Of a stretch of 64,000 nt of DNA, positions 61,975 to 64,000 are shown piece by piece. This stretch comes from Myxococcales bacterium. GTDB lineage: Bacteria > Myxococcota_A > Polyangia > Polyangiales > DASUME01. The stretch spans positions 2,688,001 through 2,752,000 of the forward strand of contig JASGJH010000001.1 of NCBI GenBank assembly GCA_047601445.1, written 5' to 3'. The notes under the pieces were generated by a model. It was not told the DNA's origin, made no database searches, and was given only the letters and a program-made list of their open reading frames with translations. Each line of letters starts with the position of its first letter. Position 1 is the stretch's first letter. Made by a program: the position numbers and the translations under genes.

Positions 61975-62000
61975 TACGCAGGAGACCGGCCATCGGATCG
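61975..62000 (-). promoter_or_regulatory. Putative autoregulatory RpoE/ChrR-type promoter
   Basis: CGATCC-16 nt-CGTA on the minus strand just upstream of the SD AGGAAGG and the GTG start. Confidence 0.65.
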
Positions 62001-62031
62001 AAGCTTCCCGGGGTCGTTCGAGGGAGGTGCT

Positions 62032-63363
62032 TCAGTCGCCGGCGCGACCGGTAACCACCTGAACCTCTAGCTCCTGGAGCGGCGGCGACCAGTGGGCCAA
62101 CTCGACGGGCGCCTGTTGCCCGTTGCGGATATCGCGCATCTCGGGCTGCTTCTCCCCGAGGAACAGCACGTAGGGAATGCCTTTGCGTTCGGCGTAGCGG
62201 ATTTGCTTTCCGAACTTTGCGGGCGAGTGGAAGACCTCGGTTGCGATGTTGCGAGACCGCAGTTCCTTGGCGGTATCGTAGGCGCGCGCGCGATCGGCTT
62301 CGCTCGCCAGGGTGATGAGCACCACGGTGGGCGTGGGGCGGGAGGGGGCAATAGCGTTCTTGGCGAACAGGAGCCCCAGGATGCGGGAAATGCCGAGCGA
62401 GACACCCACTCCCGGCAACTTCACCTTGTCGTCAGAGGCGAGATTGTCGTAGCGCCCCCCGGAACAGACCGCGCCGAGCTGCGGGTGCTCGAGCAAGACG
62501 CCCTCGTAGACGGTGCCCGTGTAGTAGTCGAGGCCGCGCGCGATGTGCAGATCGGCGATGGCGGCGTCGTCCGGGAGCCCCTGCAGCATGCCCATCACGG
62601 TCTCGAGTTCGCTCAAGCCTTCCTCGAGCAACGGATGACTCTGTCCGAGTGCCCGCACCTCGGCCACGGCTTGGGCGCCAGGGCCACGGATGCGCGCAAG
62701 CGCGAGGCACGCGTCGGCCTGGGCTTCGCTCAGCCCGTTTTCGGAGACGAGCGCCTTGCGCACGCCGTCTTCGCCGATCTTGTCGAGCTTGTCGACGCTG
62801 CGCAGGACGTCGATGATGTTGTCGAGGCCGAGCGAGCGATAGAAGCCCTCGAGCACCTTGCGGTTGTTGATGCGCAGTTGGATCTTGGGAATCGGCAGCG
62901 AGCTGACTACCTCGTGCAGCAAAAGCGCCATCTCGGCGTCGAAGTGCACGGGGAGCTCGCCATCGCCGATGACGTCGATGTCCGCCTGGTAGAACTCACG
63001 GTAGCGTCCTTGCTGGGGACGCTCACCACGCCAGACCTTTTGGATCTGATAGCGCTTGAAGGGAAAGACCAGCGTGCCGCGGTGCTGGCTCACGTAGCGC
63101 GCGAACGGCACGGTGAGATCGAAGTGCAGGCCGAGGTCCGCGTCCTCGCTGTCCTCGGCATGGAGGCGCTTGAGCACGTAGATCTCTTTGTCGCTAGCCC
63201 CCTTCTTGAGCAGCACGTCGAGCGGCTCGACGGCGCGCGTCTCGAGGGACGTGAAGCCGAACAGCTCGAACTTGCGCCGAACCTGATCGAGCAAGCGTTG
63301 CTCCACGAGGCGCTGCTCGGGGAGCCATTCGGGGAATCCGGTCAGGGCAGTGATCTTGGCCAT
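62032..63363 (-). CDS. hisS: Histidine--tRNA ligase
   Basis: FDLTVPFARY, GRYREFYQ, RGLDYYTG and GGRYD motifs. Confidence 0.98.
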   Translation of the reverse strand: MAKITALTGFPEWLPEQRLVEQRLLDQVRRKFELFGFTSLETRAVEPLDVLLKKGASDKEIYVLKRLHAEDSEDADLGLHFDLTVPFARYVSQHRGTLVFPFKRYQIQKVWRGERPQQGRYREFYQADIDVIGDGELPVHFDAEMALLLHEVVSSLPIPKIQLRINNRKVLEGFYRSLGLDNIIDVLRSVDKLDKIGEDGVRKALVSENGLSEAQADACLALARIRGPGAQAVAEVRALGQSHPLLEEGLSELETVMGMLQGLPDDAAIADLHIARGLDYYTGTVYEGVLLEHPQLGAVCSGGRYDNLASDDKVKLPGVGVSLGISRILGLLFAKNAIAPSRPTPTVVLITLASEADRARAYDTAKELRSRNIATEVFHSPAKFGKQIRYAERKGIPYVLFLGEKQPEMRDIRNGQQAPVELAHWSPPLQELEVQVVTGRAGD

Positions 63364-63424
63364 GCGGGCGCAAAACTGGCACGAAGTCGCGGGCTTTCAA
63401 CCCCCCTCCCCTGCTCTGTTTTCG

Positions 63425-63961
63425 TCAGTCATCCCCCGCGTCCGACAGATCGGGGAAGAGCACCTCGGTGAAGCCGAAGCGGGAAAAATCGCGGATCCGC
63501 ATGGGATAGAGCTTGCCGATCACGTGATCGCACTCGTGCTGCACCACGCGGGCGTGAAACCCCTCGGCGCGGCGATCGATGGGCATGCCCTCGGGGTCGA
63601 AGCCGCGGTAGCGGATGCGGGTCCACCGCGGCACCACCCCGCGCATCCCCGGCACCGACAAACAGCCCTCCCAGCCGTCTTCTTCCTCGTCGGATTCCGG
63701 CTCGATGATGGGGTTGAGGAGCACCGTGCGTGGCACCGCAGGGGCCTCCGGATAGCGTTCGCTATGCTGGAAGCCGAAGATCACGAGGGCCAAATCGACG
63801 CCGATTTGCGGAGCCGCCAGGCCCACTCCCCGGGCAGCCTCCATGGTCTCGAACATGTCAGCGATGAGCTCGCGCAGCTCGGGCGTGCCGAAGCGTTCGA
63901 CGGGCTGGGCCACCCGCAACAGCCGAGGGTCTCCCATCTTCAAGATTTCGCGTACCGCCAT
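63425..63961 (-). CDS. def: Peptide deformylase
   Basis: [18 protein letters not shown] and QHECDH motifs. Confidence 0.98.
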   Translation of the reverse strand: MAVREILKMGDPRLLRVAQPVERFGTPELRELIADMFETMEAARGVGLAAPQIGVDLALVIFGFQHSERYPEAPAVPRTVLLNPIIEPESDEEEDGWEGCLSVPGMRGVVPRWTRIRYRGFDPEGMPIDRRAEGFHARVVQHECDHVIGKLYPMRIRDFSRFGFTEVLFPDLSDAGDD

Positions 63962-64000
63962 GGCGGGATCCGTCTCCTCTCGGGCTAGCGTGGGCCAAAG

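Overview
High-GC bacterial chromosomal DNA, most likely Myxococcota (Polyangiales/Sandaracinaceae-like). This is inferred from a TIGR04563-type small protein, a short CarD/CdnL protein, a split nuoEF-JKLMN cluster and many FHA, zinc-ribbon and Cys-rich proteins. The window is mostly housekeeping: the end of the atp operon (atpD, atpC), prs-rplY-pth-rpsF-rpsR-rplI-dnaB-rnc, purE, yajQ, tsaB, miaE, lepB, nuoEFJKLMN, an S41 protease, an NFACT/RqcH-like gene, cdnL, RNase G, rpoE-chrR, hisS and def. I found no rRNA, tRNA, CRISPR array, transposase or prophage. Best candidates for new biology: (1) an unannotated ~330-nt structured minus-strand RNA ending in a terminator (13.93-14.26 kb); (2) a 900-aa NuoL with a C-terminal PKD/FHA-like extension, with a lipoprotein gene attached to the end of the nuo operon; (3) a DUF72-like protein with a microsatellite-encoded poly-(Glu-Asp) tail, coupled to a divergent RqcH-like gene and facing an unlisted 51-aa histone-H1-like ORF; (4) a long structured cdnL leader; (5) a DnaA-box cluster upstream of dnaB; (6) a glycogen-synthase-like probable pseudoenzyme. 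Two genes have apparent single-base indels in short homopolymer runs, which may be assembly errors. All family assignments come from reading motifs by eye, not from database searches.
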